From: Octopus vulgaris
Taxonomy: Eukaryota
Length of the DNA: 64,000 nucleotides
Assembly (NCBI GenBank): GCA_951406725.2
Contig: OX597825.1
Location: forward strand, 16,988,001-17,052,000
Direction of reading: 5' to 3'
Made by a program: the position numbers and the translations under genes. A model generated the notes under the pieces. That model did not search any database. It was not told where the DNA came from and saw only the letters and a list, made by a program, of their open reading frames with translations. Position 1 is the first letter of the stretch. Every line of letters starts with the position of its first letter. This document shows positions 27,825 to 42,339 of the stretch, in pieces.

Positions 27825-28307
27825 ATATGTGTGTGTTCGCGTATGCATAGCTACATACGTATATATTTAAGTAAAATAAACCAACCATTGTAAGTGGTTA
27901 ATGTAGACCTTTGAAATATATCAAGCAAACTTCTTCTTTTTGATAGAGATATAATTGGAATACAATATATCGTTGTCATGTATAAGAATAAAGTAAAATC
28001 TACTTCATTATTCGATAAGCTGTCTTCACAAAACGTTCCTATCTTTCAGTAATTGAAACCTTTAAAAATGCTTGCAATATAATACAGTATATTGCGGATT
28101 CAAAGACCTAAAGTTTTGAATATATACTTCAAAATACCCTAAGCATCCACAAGCACTGACGTAATAATACATGTCCATACTCTCACACGCGCTCATACCC
28201 ACATACTCATTCATATTTATGCATTGATATATGTGGGTGGGTTTGTACATAAACGCGTGTAATAGAGTATGTATTTGAACGATTTGAGACTTGATATATA
28301 TATATAT

Positions 28308-28526
28308 ACTCTTTTACTCTTTTACTGTTTCAGTCATCTGACTGCGGCCATGCTGGAGCACCGCCTTTAATCCAGCAACTCGACCCCGGGGCTTATTCTT
28401 TTGTAAGCCCAGTACTTATTCTATCGGTCTCTTTTGCCGAACCGCTAAATAACGGAGACATAAACACACCAGCATCGGTTGTCAAGCAATGCTAGGGGGA
28501 CAAACACAGACACACAAACACACACA

Positions 28527-28578
<52 letters not shown>

Positions 28579-28743
28579 TACGACGGGCTTCTTTCAGTTT
28601 CCGTCTACAAAATCCGCTCACAAGGCTTTGGTCGGCCCGAGGCTATAGTAGAAGACACTTGCCCAAGGTGCCACGCAGTGGGACTGAACCCGGGACCATG
28701 TGGTTGGTAAACAAGCTACTTACCACACAGCCACTCCTGCGCC
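28308..28743 (-). mobile_element. SINE family A
   Basis: High identity to 1927-2346. Confidence 0.85.
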
Positions 28744-28846
28744 TTAATATAAATATAAGTGTATGCATAAACTTATGCATAATTTCTATCTGCAAGTATA
28801 CATGCATAAAGACAAACACATTGCAACGAACGCGCAATATATTTAC

Positions 28847-28920
<74 letters not shown>

Positions 28921-28929
28921 CAGCTATAA

Positions 28930-29155
28930 ATAAGGGTATCTGAGAGATACCACCATGCCGAAATAGCAGTCAAATCCCTGACTCTAAAAACCACCTAAAA
29001 TGCTCATATCGCACCACAAGATAAGACAAAACGACAAATTAAACTAGCAAAAAGATATTACTAGATAATTCAAGATCCTTGATTTCTAGCTTTGCTTCAA
29101 ATAAGCTCTGCTTTCATCAGTTGCATATACCAGATGGGCACATAAATACAAATAT
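28930..29155 (-). mobile_element. pLTR-like repeat with HHR motif (29068-29126)
   Basis: Minus strand ATGCAA-CTGATGA-A-AGC...GCT-A-GAAA-TCAAGGA-TC-TTGAAT. Same family as 21020-21250. Confidence 0.65.
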
Positions 29156-29224
29156 ATATATACAGAACACACGTTATACTTACATATACGAATGTCCATA
29201 CATACATATATGCACATATGTACA

Positions 29225-30445
29225 AGGCCAGATTCAAATTGCTAAGGCTTTTAATTCTGCGCCACACAAAAGACTTATGGTGAAACTCTCTGCATTGGGT
29301 GTAAGCGATGGTCTCTATAACTGGTTGAAGTCCTTCAATATCGGCCAAAAACAAGTTGTCACGGTTTAAGGACAGCACTCTTCACCCTATGTGATGACAT
29401 TTGGTGTACCACAGGGATCTGTTTTTGGCCCCCTTTTATTTGTTGCATATGTTAACGACATAGATGCCAACTTAAAGAATGCCACAGTGCTGAAATATGT
29501 AGATGACATCAAGCTGTACCTCGAAATATAGTGAACAGATCCTATACACTATAACTATTTATTGCAATCAGACCTGGATACAATGCAGCAGTGGATCTTT
29601 TACTGGCAACTCAAGCTGGCTGTGGACAAATGTACCACCATGCATTTTGGGAGGAAAAACCCAGTGTCTACTTTCTCCCTCCACAACACTAATCTCAAAA
29701 AGTCTTCTTGTGAACGTGACCTGGACATTATTGTCGACAGCGATTTGCATTGGACAAAACACAGTGCTAAAATTGCCAAGAAGGCAGAGGGTATCTTGGC
29801 ATCACTGACCAAGTTCTTTGTGAGCTGTCCTCCGGCTATCTGGAATTTGCATCACCTGGAATTTGCATCATCGGTCTAGAACCTCTATCTTGCCCAGAAC
29901 ATCGTCTGGAAACTGTTCAGCGATGTGCAACCAAGAGAATACCCTCTACCAGGCATTTGCCATATTCTGAACGCCTTACTTCCCTGGGCATGGATGCATT
30001 GAAACTCCTACGTCTGGCAGCTGATTTGGCAGACACACATACAATTATTAACCATCTTACTAACAATAACTCTGAGCACCTTTTCAAACTCCACCTATCT
30101 AACACCCGTGAACATGTTTACAAAGTCAGAAAACAGCACAGCTCCCATGACTTTCGGAAACATTTTTTGACGCTAAGAGTTGCTGAAGCATGGAACAAAG
30201 AGCCGGCATCAGTTGTTAGTTGTCGGAGCACTGCATCCTTCAAAACTTCCATGCTTCCTGAGATTCGCCAACACTACACCTGATTTTCTCCCCTCATACA
30301 TACACAAGATACATACACAAGCATGTATCTGACTCATACACTGTTCACTTCCCAGATATGTGTACATTAATGCATATACTTTATACGCACTTTTGACAAG
30401 TTGTGGTGCGCCTGAGCACTGTATACAATCATTTCATTATATATT
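29225..30445 (+). mobile_element. CR1-type LINE 3' fragment, decayed RT
   Basis: KAFNSAPHKRL, GVPQGSVFGPLLF, KYVDDIKL, ERDLDIIVDSDL, YSERLTSLGM and RVAEAWNK spread across frames with stops and frameshifts, followed by a 3' UTR. Confidence 0.85.
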
Positions 30446-30736
30446 ATATATATACGTATGTGTATATGCACGCTTGTGTATGTGTGTGTGTATACATATT
30501 TATATGCCCCTTTAGTCTATTTTGGGCAAAAGCTTCGTAACTTGCGCCTAAAATCCCTTACACTTCTCGTTGTCGGTTACCACTTGTTAATGCCATTTCC
30601 TGTGGTAATCCACTGGTATAGTAGTTATATACATATGGAAATCTATTTCGCTTAGGATGAAGATAATAATAACAATAACTCGAAGATGGATATTCACAGG
30701 CTAGGAATTTCTATACTCTTGTTGTTGTTGTTGTTG

Positions 30737-30802
<66 letters not shown>

Positions 30803-30809
30803 TATGTTC

Positions 30810-31075
30810 GGCGACATTTCACTGATCGCTGCGTTCTCAGTTCAAATTCCGGCGCGGTCGACTTTGCCTTTCATCCTTTTAGGGTCGATAAATTAAATAA
30901 CAGTGAAACACTGGGGTCGATGTAATCGACTTTACTCCTCCCCCAACATTTCACGCCTTGTCCCTTTAATAGAAAGGATTGTTATTACTATTATATGTAC
31001 GGAGGCGGTGATTTGGCAGATTTATTAGCATGCCGGACGAAATGCTTAGCAGTATTTCGTCCGTCCTTACATTAT
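30810..31075 (+). mobile_element. SINE family B fragments
   Basis: GTTCAAATTCC...GTCGACTTTGCCTTTCATCC motif. Confidence 0.7.
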
Positions 31076-32090
31076 CTAGTTTTCTGAGTAGGGTTAGGAT
31101 TAATAAACAGAGAGAAGTCACAGCCATGTATAACAAAATCCTGAGATCTCTCTAAGGTTTATGACTATTTTCTAGATACATACTCTAAATGATGGGAAAC
31201 TACTATGCACCCCTACAATTCCATCGGTATGACATGATCGACTGTCCCGAAGTGGCATTTATATCGAATAATACATTATCAAATTGGCAGAAGGATGTTT
31301 CTCTAGTCGACAAAAATAATTCAAATACACAAACAGACACACAGACGCACACGCACGCACATCCATAGACACACACACACACACAATCTCATACGCAAAC
31401 ACACACTTACGACATGTCACTGCAATGGCTATTTCGTTTCGACTCAAGCTACAAAAGAGAAGAGAGAGAAACGACGAGGAAATGTTCGCTGTTTGAATAC
31501 GCGCATAAGCGCAATGATTTTATAAACTGATTAATGGAAATTCGTATCTATCTCTCGTGACTCCTTCGAAATTCTGCTTCATTTCATATCAGATATTATT
31601 TCGTGAATTGACACTTGGACGTTTAGACATGAGAGTATAGACCAGCTTAAATAAATTGGATTAGATATCCACGCTGCTCAGCCATTCTCTTCGCACGTGG
31701 CTTTCATGATTGTTCCCGTAAAGCATCTACGGTTAAACCTTCTCAGATGAACATCAAATACTAAACCAAGCAACTCAGTGACGTCTACAATGACGTGTCG
31801 TATTAAGACGTAGCTATCTTATATAGGAAATTGGTTTTATACATAAGCGAATCTGCTTCTCTCTGTCTCTCAGCCACACATACACTCTCATACTCTCTTT
31901 CTGTCTATTAACCTAAATAACTAAATACAATGAATGCATAAATGTGTCGATATATTAGTCTATGTAGCGGTATAACTAACTGACCAATTTTGCATATATA
32001 TGTATGTGTATGTATGTTTGTGTATGTATGTGTGTGTGTGTGTGTATTTAAATGCATATTCATATATCAATATATCTAAAATTGTAAAAC

Positions 32091-32853
32091 GGGGAGCTGG
32101 TAGAATAGTTAGCACGCCGGGCAAAATGCATAGCCGTATTTCGTATGCCATTACGTTCTGAGCTCAAATTCCTCCGAGGTCATATTTGCCTGTGATCCTT
32201 TCGGGGTCGATTAAATAAGTACCAGTTACGGACTGGGGTCGATATAATCGACTTAATCCGTTTGTCTGTCCTTGTTTGTCCCCTCTGTGTTTAGCCCCTT
32301 GTGGGTAGTAAAGAAATAGGTATTTCGTCTGCCGTTACGTTCTGAGTTCAAATTCCGTCGAGGTCGACTTTGCCTTTCATATTTTCAGGGTCGATTAAAT
32401 AAGAACCAGTTACGTACTGGAGTCGATATAATCAACTTAATCCGTTTGAATATCATTGTTTGTCCTCTCTGTGTTTAGCCCCTTGTGGGTAGTAAAGAAA
32501 TACGTATTTCGTCTGCCGCTACGTTCTGAGTTCAAATTCCGCCGAGGTCGACTTTGCATTTCATCCTTTTCGGTGTCGATTAAATAAGTACCAGTTACGT
32601 ACTAGGGTCGATATAATCGACTTAATCCGTTTGAATGTCCTTGTTTGTCCTCTCTGTGTTTAGCCCCTTGTGGGTAGTAAAGAAATAGGTATTTCGTCTG
32701 CTTTTACATTCTGATTTCAACTTTCGTGTTGGTCGAATTTGCTATTTATCCTTTTGGGGTCGATATATTAAGTACCATTTGCGTACTGGAGTCGATCTAA
32801 TCGACTGGCCCGCTCCCTCAAAATTTCGGGCTTTGTGCCTAGAGTAGAAAAGA
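32091..32853 (+). mobile_element. SINE family B, tandem array (4 units, period ~184 bp)
   Basis: Unit motif at 32153, 32337, 32521 and 32707. Confidence 0.85.
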
Positions 32854-33309
32854 ATATATCTAACCTTGTCACAAGCGACTTGGTGGTGGTCACAACGCAT
32901 GCGTTCTATCGCAACTCGTATAGAAAGTTTCGGCGAGTTCTGGTAAAATACTTTTATGTCTTTCAGAAGTCTACTTGTCCGGAAGAAAGTAATAAACTTT
33001 CAACTTTCCATACATTCTTTATTTGAACAGCTCGAGAAATTATTGGAATGTAATATTTGATCTGCTTCTATCAAAGGTACAAATCGAATATCTGTCGTCC
33101 ATAAGAATGCAAACAACACATTATATTCTCAAATTAATAACGTAATAATTTCAAATTATTCTTTTTTTCTTGTATATATAATACAGGCTTCCTGATAGAG
33201 AAGCCTATATTATATATATGTTCATATATATATATATATATTTATGGCCTCACTACACCGCTTGGTTAACGGTGTCGGTTTCTTACGTCTCCGTTACGTA
33301 ATAATTGAA

Positions 33310-33586
33310 CGACAACGAGGATTTCTGTTCAACAGAACAGCATACGCGTGAAATTAACGTGCAAGTGGTTGAATTCTCCATAGACACGTGTAACCTTAAC
33401 GTAATTCTGAGGGACATTCAGCGTGATACAGAATGACCCTTTAAAATACAGGAACTACTCATTTTTCCTAGCTGAGTGGACTGGAATAACTTGAAATAAA
33501 GTGTCTTGCTGAAGGACACAACGCATCACCAGAAATTGAACTCACGACCTTACGAATATCCTAATCCTTAACCCATGCGCTTTCAC
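33310..33586 (-). mobile_element. SINE family C, diverged
   Basis: Reverse complement aligns with 11721-12025. Confidence 0.75.
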
Positions 33587-34807
33587 GGTTCTGCAAATAG
33601 GCCCATACAATAGGTACCTGACTTAAGAAATAAATATTGGAGTCGAGAATATTAAAGACCCGCAGATTTCTGTAATCGACTCTTGTAAGTGCTATTCGGG
33701 GCTACCAGGTAACAAGCTAATATGGTACATCATCCCCCAAAGCTCCGTGCAAAGATGAGACCAAAAAGTCAATCGAAGTGACAAACCGGTTATAGTACAC
33801 ATCTGCCAGTCACATGACTATTGTCAATCTTCCACCATGTGTATTACGGTCAACATGTACATCTTGCCATTTACTCACAACTAACCACATCACTCCCATC
33901 ACAAGTACACCCGTTTTAAAAGGGTAAAGCTTAAGAAGAAAATAAACGATTGATTCCATTACCTCTGCATCAAATAATAATAATAATAGTCCGTAGGTTA
34001 ACGTATTTATAAGCATATAATATCGAGATATACTGAATGAAGTTCATAGAAAAGATGGCATATTAAACTGATAATGTTATTCTCGTAATTGTAACTTTCT
34101 ATTGGTTCTAAACATAATAATAGAGTTCATGCTAAAATGAGCTATAGCCAGTTATATTCGTATAAAAATCCTTTCGCTTTTGTAATGTCTGTCTAGATTT
34201 CGTTAATCAGCGGCTTTTACAGACATCTGACATCATATAAGTATGTTGTAGTCACTAGTTTGCTGTTTCAATACAGTTTATTGATTTAGCGGAGGAATTT
34301 TTCGTTCAGTTTTGAAACAGAAATTAACATAAAAAGGTAAGAGTAAAATAATAGCGAAACTGAAGATTGTAATTTTCTATTGAAACCTGATAATTATATT
34401 AATTGAAGATATCATTTGTGAAAGATGGTAAATACATAGTCAATGCATGTAAAGATTTTGCTTCCTCGACTTTCTGCTCTAAACTTTTGCCTTCATACCA
34501 GCTGCAACTTGTAACAGTTTCTTTGTCATTTTATTAGAGCTATCGCTGTGTAAATTATATAAACATACCAGCAATTTAAGACTAAATCGAGATCAGAGTT
34601 CCAAACTTAGCAGTCTTAGAATAAATTTTCTTTAGAAATCTACAAATATAAAGTCACCATATAATCATAACAAGAAAACGACGCTCTAAATCTAAACTTA
34701 TATTTGATAATTCGGCCAGTGACATTAATAGCTCAGTCGCGAACTATTTTCATGAGAGAACAAAGGTACTACCATGTCGTTGATATATCTGCAACTAAAT
34801 CTAGTAG

Positions 34808-35113
34808 TCTGTTGTGTCTGGGGAGAGTCATTTTCTTTTTGTGCCTTATAATGGAACACACTCAACGGTAAACTTTCCACTTATCTCTTATTTTTATTTT
34901 CCTAAAATTTTCGTTGCCTCTTGCAACCTTTTCAATAGTCTTCACTATTTTCAAGAGTCAAGACTCAACCTTCTCAAGAGTCAAGACTTTTGAAATGGTT
35001 GCAAGACGCAACGAAAATTTTAGGAAAAAATAAGAAAAGAGTGGAAATTGTACCGGTGAGTGTGTTGCTTTATAAGGCACAAAAAGAAAATGACTCTCCC
35101 CAGACACAACAGA
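34808..35113. mobile_element. MITE-like palindromic element
   Basis: TCTGTTGTGTCTGGGGAGAGTCATTTTCTTTTTGTGCCTTATAA... is mirrored at the right end, giving about 135-bp imperfect arms. Confidence 0.8.
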
Positions 35114-36166
35114 ATATGCTTCAACACACGAACTCCCATAAAGAATCTTGCAAACCAAATCCCAAAACGAAATAAATCTAGTAGACTTCACTCAAATCAT
35201 CTACTGTGTTATTAAGAAAAAGCACACATTAGATAATGTGGTCTGTGGGTGATGGTGTGCACAAGCGACTAGATGTTTAAAGCAGGAGCGTTTTTATAAA
35301 ACACCTCATTCAAGGCTGATCTAGAGATAAACAGACGGAAACAAGTAATGTGAGCTGGGCTTAATACTATATGACGTCTAACAGGAGAGGAAAATATGGC
35401 TTTGTATGTCCTTGTTTCTTTGTTTTGTAATCAGAATGTCGATCTCTATATTATGGGTTTTATTTTCTCACTTAAACACTTCAGAAGGAGAACCATCATC
35501 TTCGCTGCTAACACCAACCTGATAGTCCCTTTCCTGAACGCGAAATTTGAATATACATAACACACGAGTTCCAAACACAGAAAAAATATGCCCCATTGAC
35601 GAACTACCTCAATATATAAGCATACGAACGTCGCATACACACAGAATGTAATATAAGATACTGGAAAACAATTTACTATCCAACATGACTGTTTGCTCAA
35701 ATCCAGGGGCGATATCAACCGAAAATATGACATCCAAAAGTAGTGCTCCTTGATTTATTGTTTTCTTTCCGAGAATCTCCTGTTCCGCTGGATGGTGAAT
35801 GTGTACATTTGGTAACTAAGTGCCTTTACGTATATTTACTTTTTTATTAACATAGCCCCACGATAACAAATATATGAGACTCAACAAACAGATTTAATGC
35901 AGCCTATCCAAATTATTTGTTGACCATATCAATTAACGATACAGAAAATATTTCATGATGCAAATATATTATAGCATTCTACGGTTAAGGAGGAAATTAA
36001 TGGATGCCAAACAAAACATAATACAACTATAAGGAAATAGGAATAATTATTATGGAAAAAAGTCAAATCTAGGTCAAAGATATTTTTCCCATTTACACAA
36101 ACATGTATACTTCTTTCACTCTCTCTCCCTCTCTCTCACACTATCTGTGCGCGTGTTTATATGCAT

Positions 36167-36233
<67 letters not shown>

Positions 36234-36937
36234 CTTCGCTTCTTTGCGCCACATGGGCTCAGCACTCCTTCTTCATGTAACCTCCTCTCCTCGCCTCTCT
36301 CCTCATCACACCTACTTCCTCCACCCACCTCCCCACTCTTGTTCCGACTCCTATTCTCTTAACCCTTGCTCTCCGTCTCTCTTCTCGCTGCATAAAGAAC
36401 AAATTCGTTTCCCTTAATACAGGCAGATAGCACTGAGCGGACATAAAACACCGAATTTTCATATCCTCTCTTGATACCAATGCAAAGATTCAATCTCAGT
36501 ACAAGAATGCTTAAACAAGGGAAACCTGTTCATACAAAAGTACAGATCACACCTCAATATACAAATTTGACCATTTTAAAAATTATACTAAGGAGCCATG
36601 TGTCGCCCTTGCCACCTGTTGCTTCCCTTGGTTCACTCTCTAGACTCATTCTTATTTTTCAAACATCCAAAATAACGAAATCCCTCTGTCACGAGAATTG
36701 ATTACTCTACAATGCCCCTTGAAAAGCTAATTCAAATAACGAAAACCGGTTGGATTTCACGACATACATATAATATGTATATATTTATAAATGTTAAAGA
36801 TGTTAAGCTATATGAAACGAAGGCATTTCTCTTCCAATTTTATATATTTTTAACTCATAATTTTGCCACGTGTTGTATACGGAACATTCAGTACCTTTGC
36901 TCCTTGTGTATTTATATATATATATTTATATAAATAA

Positions 36938-37021
<84 letters not shown>

Positions 37022-37049
37022 TGATATTGATATATATATGTATGTATGC

Positions 37050-37101
<52 letters not shown>

Positions 37102-38321
37102 GTTATTGACTATTATTGTGGAAGTAGGGTAGTACTCTGAACAATAATGTCATTTATCAATATACAAATGCTGTAAAGATATCGACGGAACGTGGATTCT
37201 AACACAGAGAGACACTATCGAAGTGTTCCATTAAATGCAGGTAAATTTCTGTAAAAAAACGTACAATGAGGTGTTTTAAAGCTTAGATTAATATAAAGCG
37301 AAGGCCGCTGAAAGCGTATTCTAATTCCCTTAGTCATAAGCTTATAATAAACATGAAAATAAGAAGCACTTAGCAGAATGAAACTGGACCACAGATGTAA
37401 AAAGAATATAAGGGATAAATAATATATTGTGAGATTATTAGAATGTGTAAATAAGATAAGAACGACATTAAGTTTAAAGAAATAAACTGCTTTGGGATTT
37501 CCAATCTCACATACGTGGTTCGACGACTCCCACAAATAGAAATTTTATTTTAGTAAATACGTATCAATAGAAGGTAGGAAGAGCCGATTTAGCATGTCCA
37601 GTGAGAAAGTTATCGATGAAAAAAAATATGTCAAAAGATGTTTCGTGCATGAAATTTGTACGAATTGTGAATATATATATATATATATATTTGATGAGGA
37701 TAAAATGATAATTCATTAAATTACACGATATACAGTTTACAATGAATGTATGCAAATAAAGAATCTTTTTGCATGCGAAACTGAATTCATATTATCTAGG
37801 TGAGGGACGAAAATTTTGAAATACAAATGATTCAGAAAAAAAGAAGAACAATATCAAAATATTGATTGTGATGGAATTAGCATGGTCATTACTATGCCAA
37901 AAACAAATGCTTAAATCGGTGAGAGCATATTTAGACTCAGAAATTAGGTAATATTAACCAATTAAAGAATCACATGTAATGAGATATAGCGATCATTGAC
38001 TTCATGTTAAATTCTGATAAAGAAGCTGATAGATATCACCCTTTTTAAAAAAATAAATACTTAATAATTATTGAATATTAATAAACTGAGTACATCTGAC
38101 CGTGACTTGGCAATGATATCTTCAGATCGGTTCGAGTTTTATTAACCCTCTTCTGCGATGTATAACATTTGCTGACACCGTTAGAAAATAAGAACTATAG
38201 GGATATATTTTGGGATAAGTGAATCTCATGGAAAACAAATAAAATTTAATAATTCAGATCTAACATATTTGCTGGGTGTAGAAATTTTAAGGGATTAAAA
38301 AAAATGAATACTAATATAAGC

Positions 38322-38645
38322 AGGCGTGGCTGAGTGGTAAGCAGTTTGCTTGCCAACTACATAGTTTCGGATTTAGTCAAATGCGTGCACCCTGGGCAAG
38401 TGTCTTCTACTGTATCCTCGGGCTGACCAGAGCCTTGTTAGTGGATTCGGTAGAGCAACCACATTTGAATCGTTGTCGATTTTCTTCCCCCGTTTTCACT
38501 TTTATTCGACTTTCCGCTGTTTCCGAAGAAGAGCGTCTGCTCGAAACGTTAAACCATCTTTCTTCCCTTTCCTGAGCGTCTGCTAATACATTGCATGTAC
38601 CACGTCCTCGCGTTGTTACTTTTTGTGTTTATTCTTTTTGGAATT

Positions 38646-38710
<65 letters not shown>

Positions 38711-38890
38711 TGTGTGTGTCTGTGTGTGTGTGTGTGTGTGTGTGCGTGTGTTCTGTATATGTGTGAGTGTGTGTGTCTTTGCGTCTGTGCTTGTTTCCTA
38801 CGACCGTTTGACAACCACTGCGTGTGTTTACATCCCGTAACTTTGCGGTTCGCTAAAATGAAACTGTAGAATAAGTGCCGGGCTTTAAAA
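38322..38890 (+). mobile_element. SINE family A, interrupted by an HHR-bearing repeat
   Basis: Head at 38322-38455 (GGCGTGGCTGAGTGGTAAG...CCTGGGCAAGTGTCTTCTAC). The body resumes at about 38790. Confidence 0.7.
38519..38554 (+). ncRNA. Minimal hammerhead ribozyme motif (in repeat ~38456-38650 nested in a SINE)
   Basis: GTTT-CCGAAGA-A-GAGC GTCT GCTC-GAAA-CG-TT-AAAC. Downstream CTGAGCGTC...CCACGTCCTCGCGTTGTT is shared with 13983-14028. Confidence 0.65.
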
Positions 38891-39189
38891 AGTAAAGCTT
38901 TAGTCTAAACACTAAAACTAGTAAAAAGTCAAAAAGTAAGTGGTATTGGTAATAAGGACCTACGACATATTGTATTTTAATGATTTGGAGATACGGGATA
39001 CAGCAGAGTGATCTCTTATTCAGTTGGGTACACAGGAGCCTGAAAGGAAGTGCCCGTAGCGGTACAAGAACCGAACCTACTACCTTATCAATATGACTCG
39101 AACAGCATGAGGACAAACTGCGTCTGCAATATAAGCGGCCTAAGAATGGAACGGCATATATTTATAAGAAAAGTCATATATTGATTCAC

Positions 39190-39620
39190 AAAACGAGCCA
39201 AGTCATTCTTGATAATGTTAGATAAAGGAGAAATATGTGAGAGTTTGGCCAGACGTACATTTACAAATACTCAGTAATCGATGAACTAGAATACAACACA
39301 CACAAAGGAGAAATTTAGGAGGGAATATTATAGACGCATTAGATTAATACCTATTACAGTTCCAAATGCAAAAACACGAACATAGTAATAGCTATCAATA
39401 CTCGGTTCTTTAATAAGTTTTAGGTGTATTATTCTGAACTGGACGTTAAATGAATTCGCAAGATGAGACAAAAAAAAAACAACAACCAAAACATTAAGAA
39501 TACATCATTGAATATATGACAGAATGATTATATTCAATTCGAATACTGGGAGGGAGAAGAGTAACGTGTCTAGAAATCTATAAATATCAAAACATGTCTC
39601 GTGGAGAACAAGTAACATTA
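39190..39620 (+). mobile_element. Very decayed R4/Dong-like fragment
   Basis: KEKFRREYYRRIRLI...IAINT-like post-RT peptide. Confidence 0.45.
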
Positions 39621-41124
39621 AACCAAGTAGCTACATAGAAAACAAAACAGGTATTTTTGAAGGAAGCAGAAAACAAAAACAAAAACAATGGAAATGAATA
39701 TAAAAATCAAGGTCAATGTGATATACACGTATGGAAAGACACAAGAAATAACACAAAAGTGCAACTCTAAAAACTAAGCAGGAAATAGGTGACGGAATTC
39801 TAAAATGCTAAAACGAATCGAAAAACGTCGTATAATTATTAGAATGTTAAAAGAAGGCAATAAAATTGGTGTGTGTGTGATATGTAGCAAATCTAACGTG
39901 TAGAAGTATATGATCTTTCAATCATTGTTAACTGGCACTATTGGTAAATACTATACTACTTTGAAGAGGGCTAATAAAACTGAAACATAACTGAAAATGT
40001 CACTGTCGTGTCAGAATCAAAATTACCCAACAAATTGAGTGGAATATTCTATTTCTAATTAAATTAATATTAATTAAAAGATCATAGGTGTTGCTCTCAC
40101 TTTCTCCAGAATTCATCTTCAAGTTTATGAAAAAACTCCACCTGACTTAGAATGCAGCGCAGGACTCATGTTTGGGGTTCAATGAATTACGGTTCCAGTA
40201 CAGAATAAAGAACTTCTCATCAGTGAACGTCAAAAACACGTATTGAAACAGAACACATTAATTATTTCAAATTAAGTAAGAATTTGAAGAAACAGTTATA
40301 TGTTTTTAAGCTTTAATGACTGTAGGGACACGGCATTTCGTTATGCAGCCATGATATGCTACAAGTATAAAGAATAATTTTATAAATCCATACCGTCTAC
40401 CACTATGTTATCAGTGCTTTTAAGTCACATGTGAAGGTCATTTCTACATATTTTCTATACAAATTATTGTCAGCATTGAATTTGTTACTACGATTCGTAT
40501 CCGAGACGCCAGATGTAAACAAGCAATATGATTGAGGATGCAAAAATGGGAAATGAATGCATATAGCATATTGTGGGAGATTTTCTCCCTTATCAGTGTA
40601 CATCTAACTCATTAATCCTCCCTGAACTCATTGCTTAAATAGCTACTAAATATAGTGGTATAACGTTATAGAGCATACCAATTTATATATGAAACATAAT
40701 CCTAGAGTCTGGTACGTAAATAACAAAATTACTTGTAGGTACACGGCATTTTGTCATGCATCTTTAATATACTACAAAGTATATCGAACAAATTTATATG
40801 TCAATACCGTGCGCAATTCTTAAGTCACGAGTATAGATTTTCCATAGAAAATAATGCCAGCACAAGTTTACGATGTTTCGTATACTGAATACATCTAGGT
40901 AAACAATCCGATCGAAGATAGAAAAATATTGTAAAATACCTATTTTTTCTGTTGTACCTATTTGAAGCATATATAAATGTTAAACACGTGTATGTGTATT
41001 CTGTAGAAAAATATGTCATGTAAAATGACGGCTTGTGTGGCAATACAATACATACATAAAAATACATATATACATACATACACCCACACATGTATACCTG
41101 GTGCACATAGTATTTGAGGACATA

Positions 41125-41520
41125 CATTTTTTTAGGTCATTGCTCTATTTTTTTGTTAACTCTGTATAAACTTTGTTTCAGGAAATAATAATGGCAGACC
41201 TCAGCTTACTCAAGAAACGAAGAGGTGTACTGTTATGGTGAGTATACAGGCTGAGAATAAAGATTTGGAAATATCACGATTTTTAAAAGTTGCCAGATCC
41301 TTCATCTGTAAAGTTTGTAAGGACCTAGAGACTGCAGGTAGAAACGTATCACAATTATCAAAGCATAAAAAGCATTCCAAATGTTCTGAAATCATTAGAA
41401 CACCTGAATTTATCCAGCAAGTTCAACAGACCATTGACTTCAAAGTCAGATGTCCATGAGATCAATTGCAAAAGTTCTCCATGTGCCAGAGGAGACAGTC
41501 AGAAATGATGTAGAAGAAAG
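41125..41520 (+). pseudogene. Tc1/mariner-type transposase N-terminal fragment
   Basis: HTH-like peptides EISRFLKVARSFICKV, RTPEFIQQVQQTID and SMRSIAKVLHVPEETVR in two adjoining frames. Confidence 0.65.
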
Positions 41521-42339
41521 GAAAGGCAAGCATTTTATCAAACTTCCCTCGTTTTTACGTCACTTAAAATCTGTAAGTATGTCCCCGTATTTCATTCCAC
41601 TTACAGGAAACACTCACTGTGCTTATAATTTATATTACACTTATTTACATAATTTTAAATTTCCAAGTTGTTCAGTCGCGTGCCAGTGAATCTCGTTTCG
41701 TAGATGAAGTCTTCTCTATTTTGTACACTGATTTCTCTCAATAACCTTTCTTATTCATTTTTCCATTTCTCGGTAACGATTAACCACCCTACTTCAGGCT
41801 TCATTTATTTCCAGCCTTGTTGCAATAAAATATCTTTTCACATATTACCACTATACAAACTTAATGTTTGCTATGAACAGCTGTTCAATTCAACTCTAAT
41901 TCAATTTATAATTATCTAGATAAATATATCCTTACGATGTATATTCTCAATAGCGTTTTGTTTTCTTAATGGCAGGATATTGCAATGTGATAAGTTTGTT
42001 AATATGGTATATAATTAATTTCACTTTTATTGAACACTAATGAATATGTCATTATCTAAAATAACATTTAGAAACCAAAATCTAAATTTTGATATTAATC
42101 GCCACTGGATGGTCAGTTATGTTGTAGGAGAGTAAGTACATTCGGAAGTGTAATATGCGGCCTTCTTCCTAGTTTGCACTGGCTAGTTATTTTTCGATAT
42201 ATTCAATGTTCAAATTCTGTCGTCGCAGTGGCTGCGTCTATGTATCGGATCAATAAAACTATGAAACATAGCAATATATTAAATCGATAAAATCGACAGT
42301 TTCTTCAAAATACGCCAAGGGTATCATAATTTTGATGAC

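Noticed and set aside
35490-35530. Possible terminal exon (ttcag|AAGGAGAACC..., EGEPSSSLLTPT*)
   Set aside because: Too short, with no homology or partner exons recognisable.
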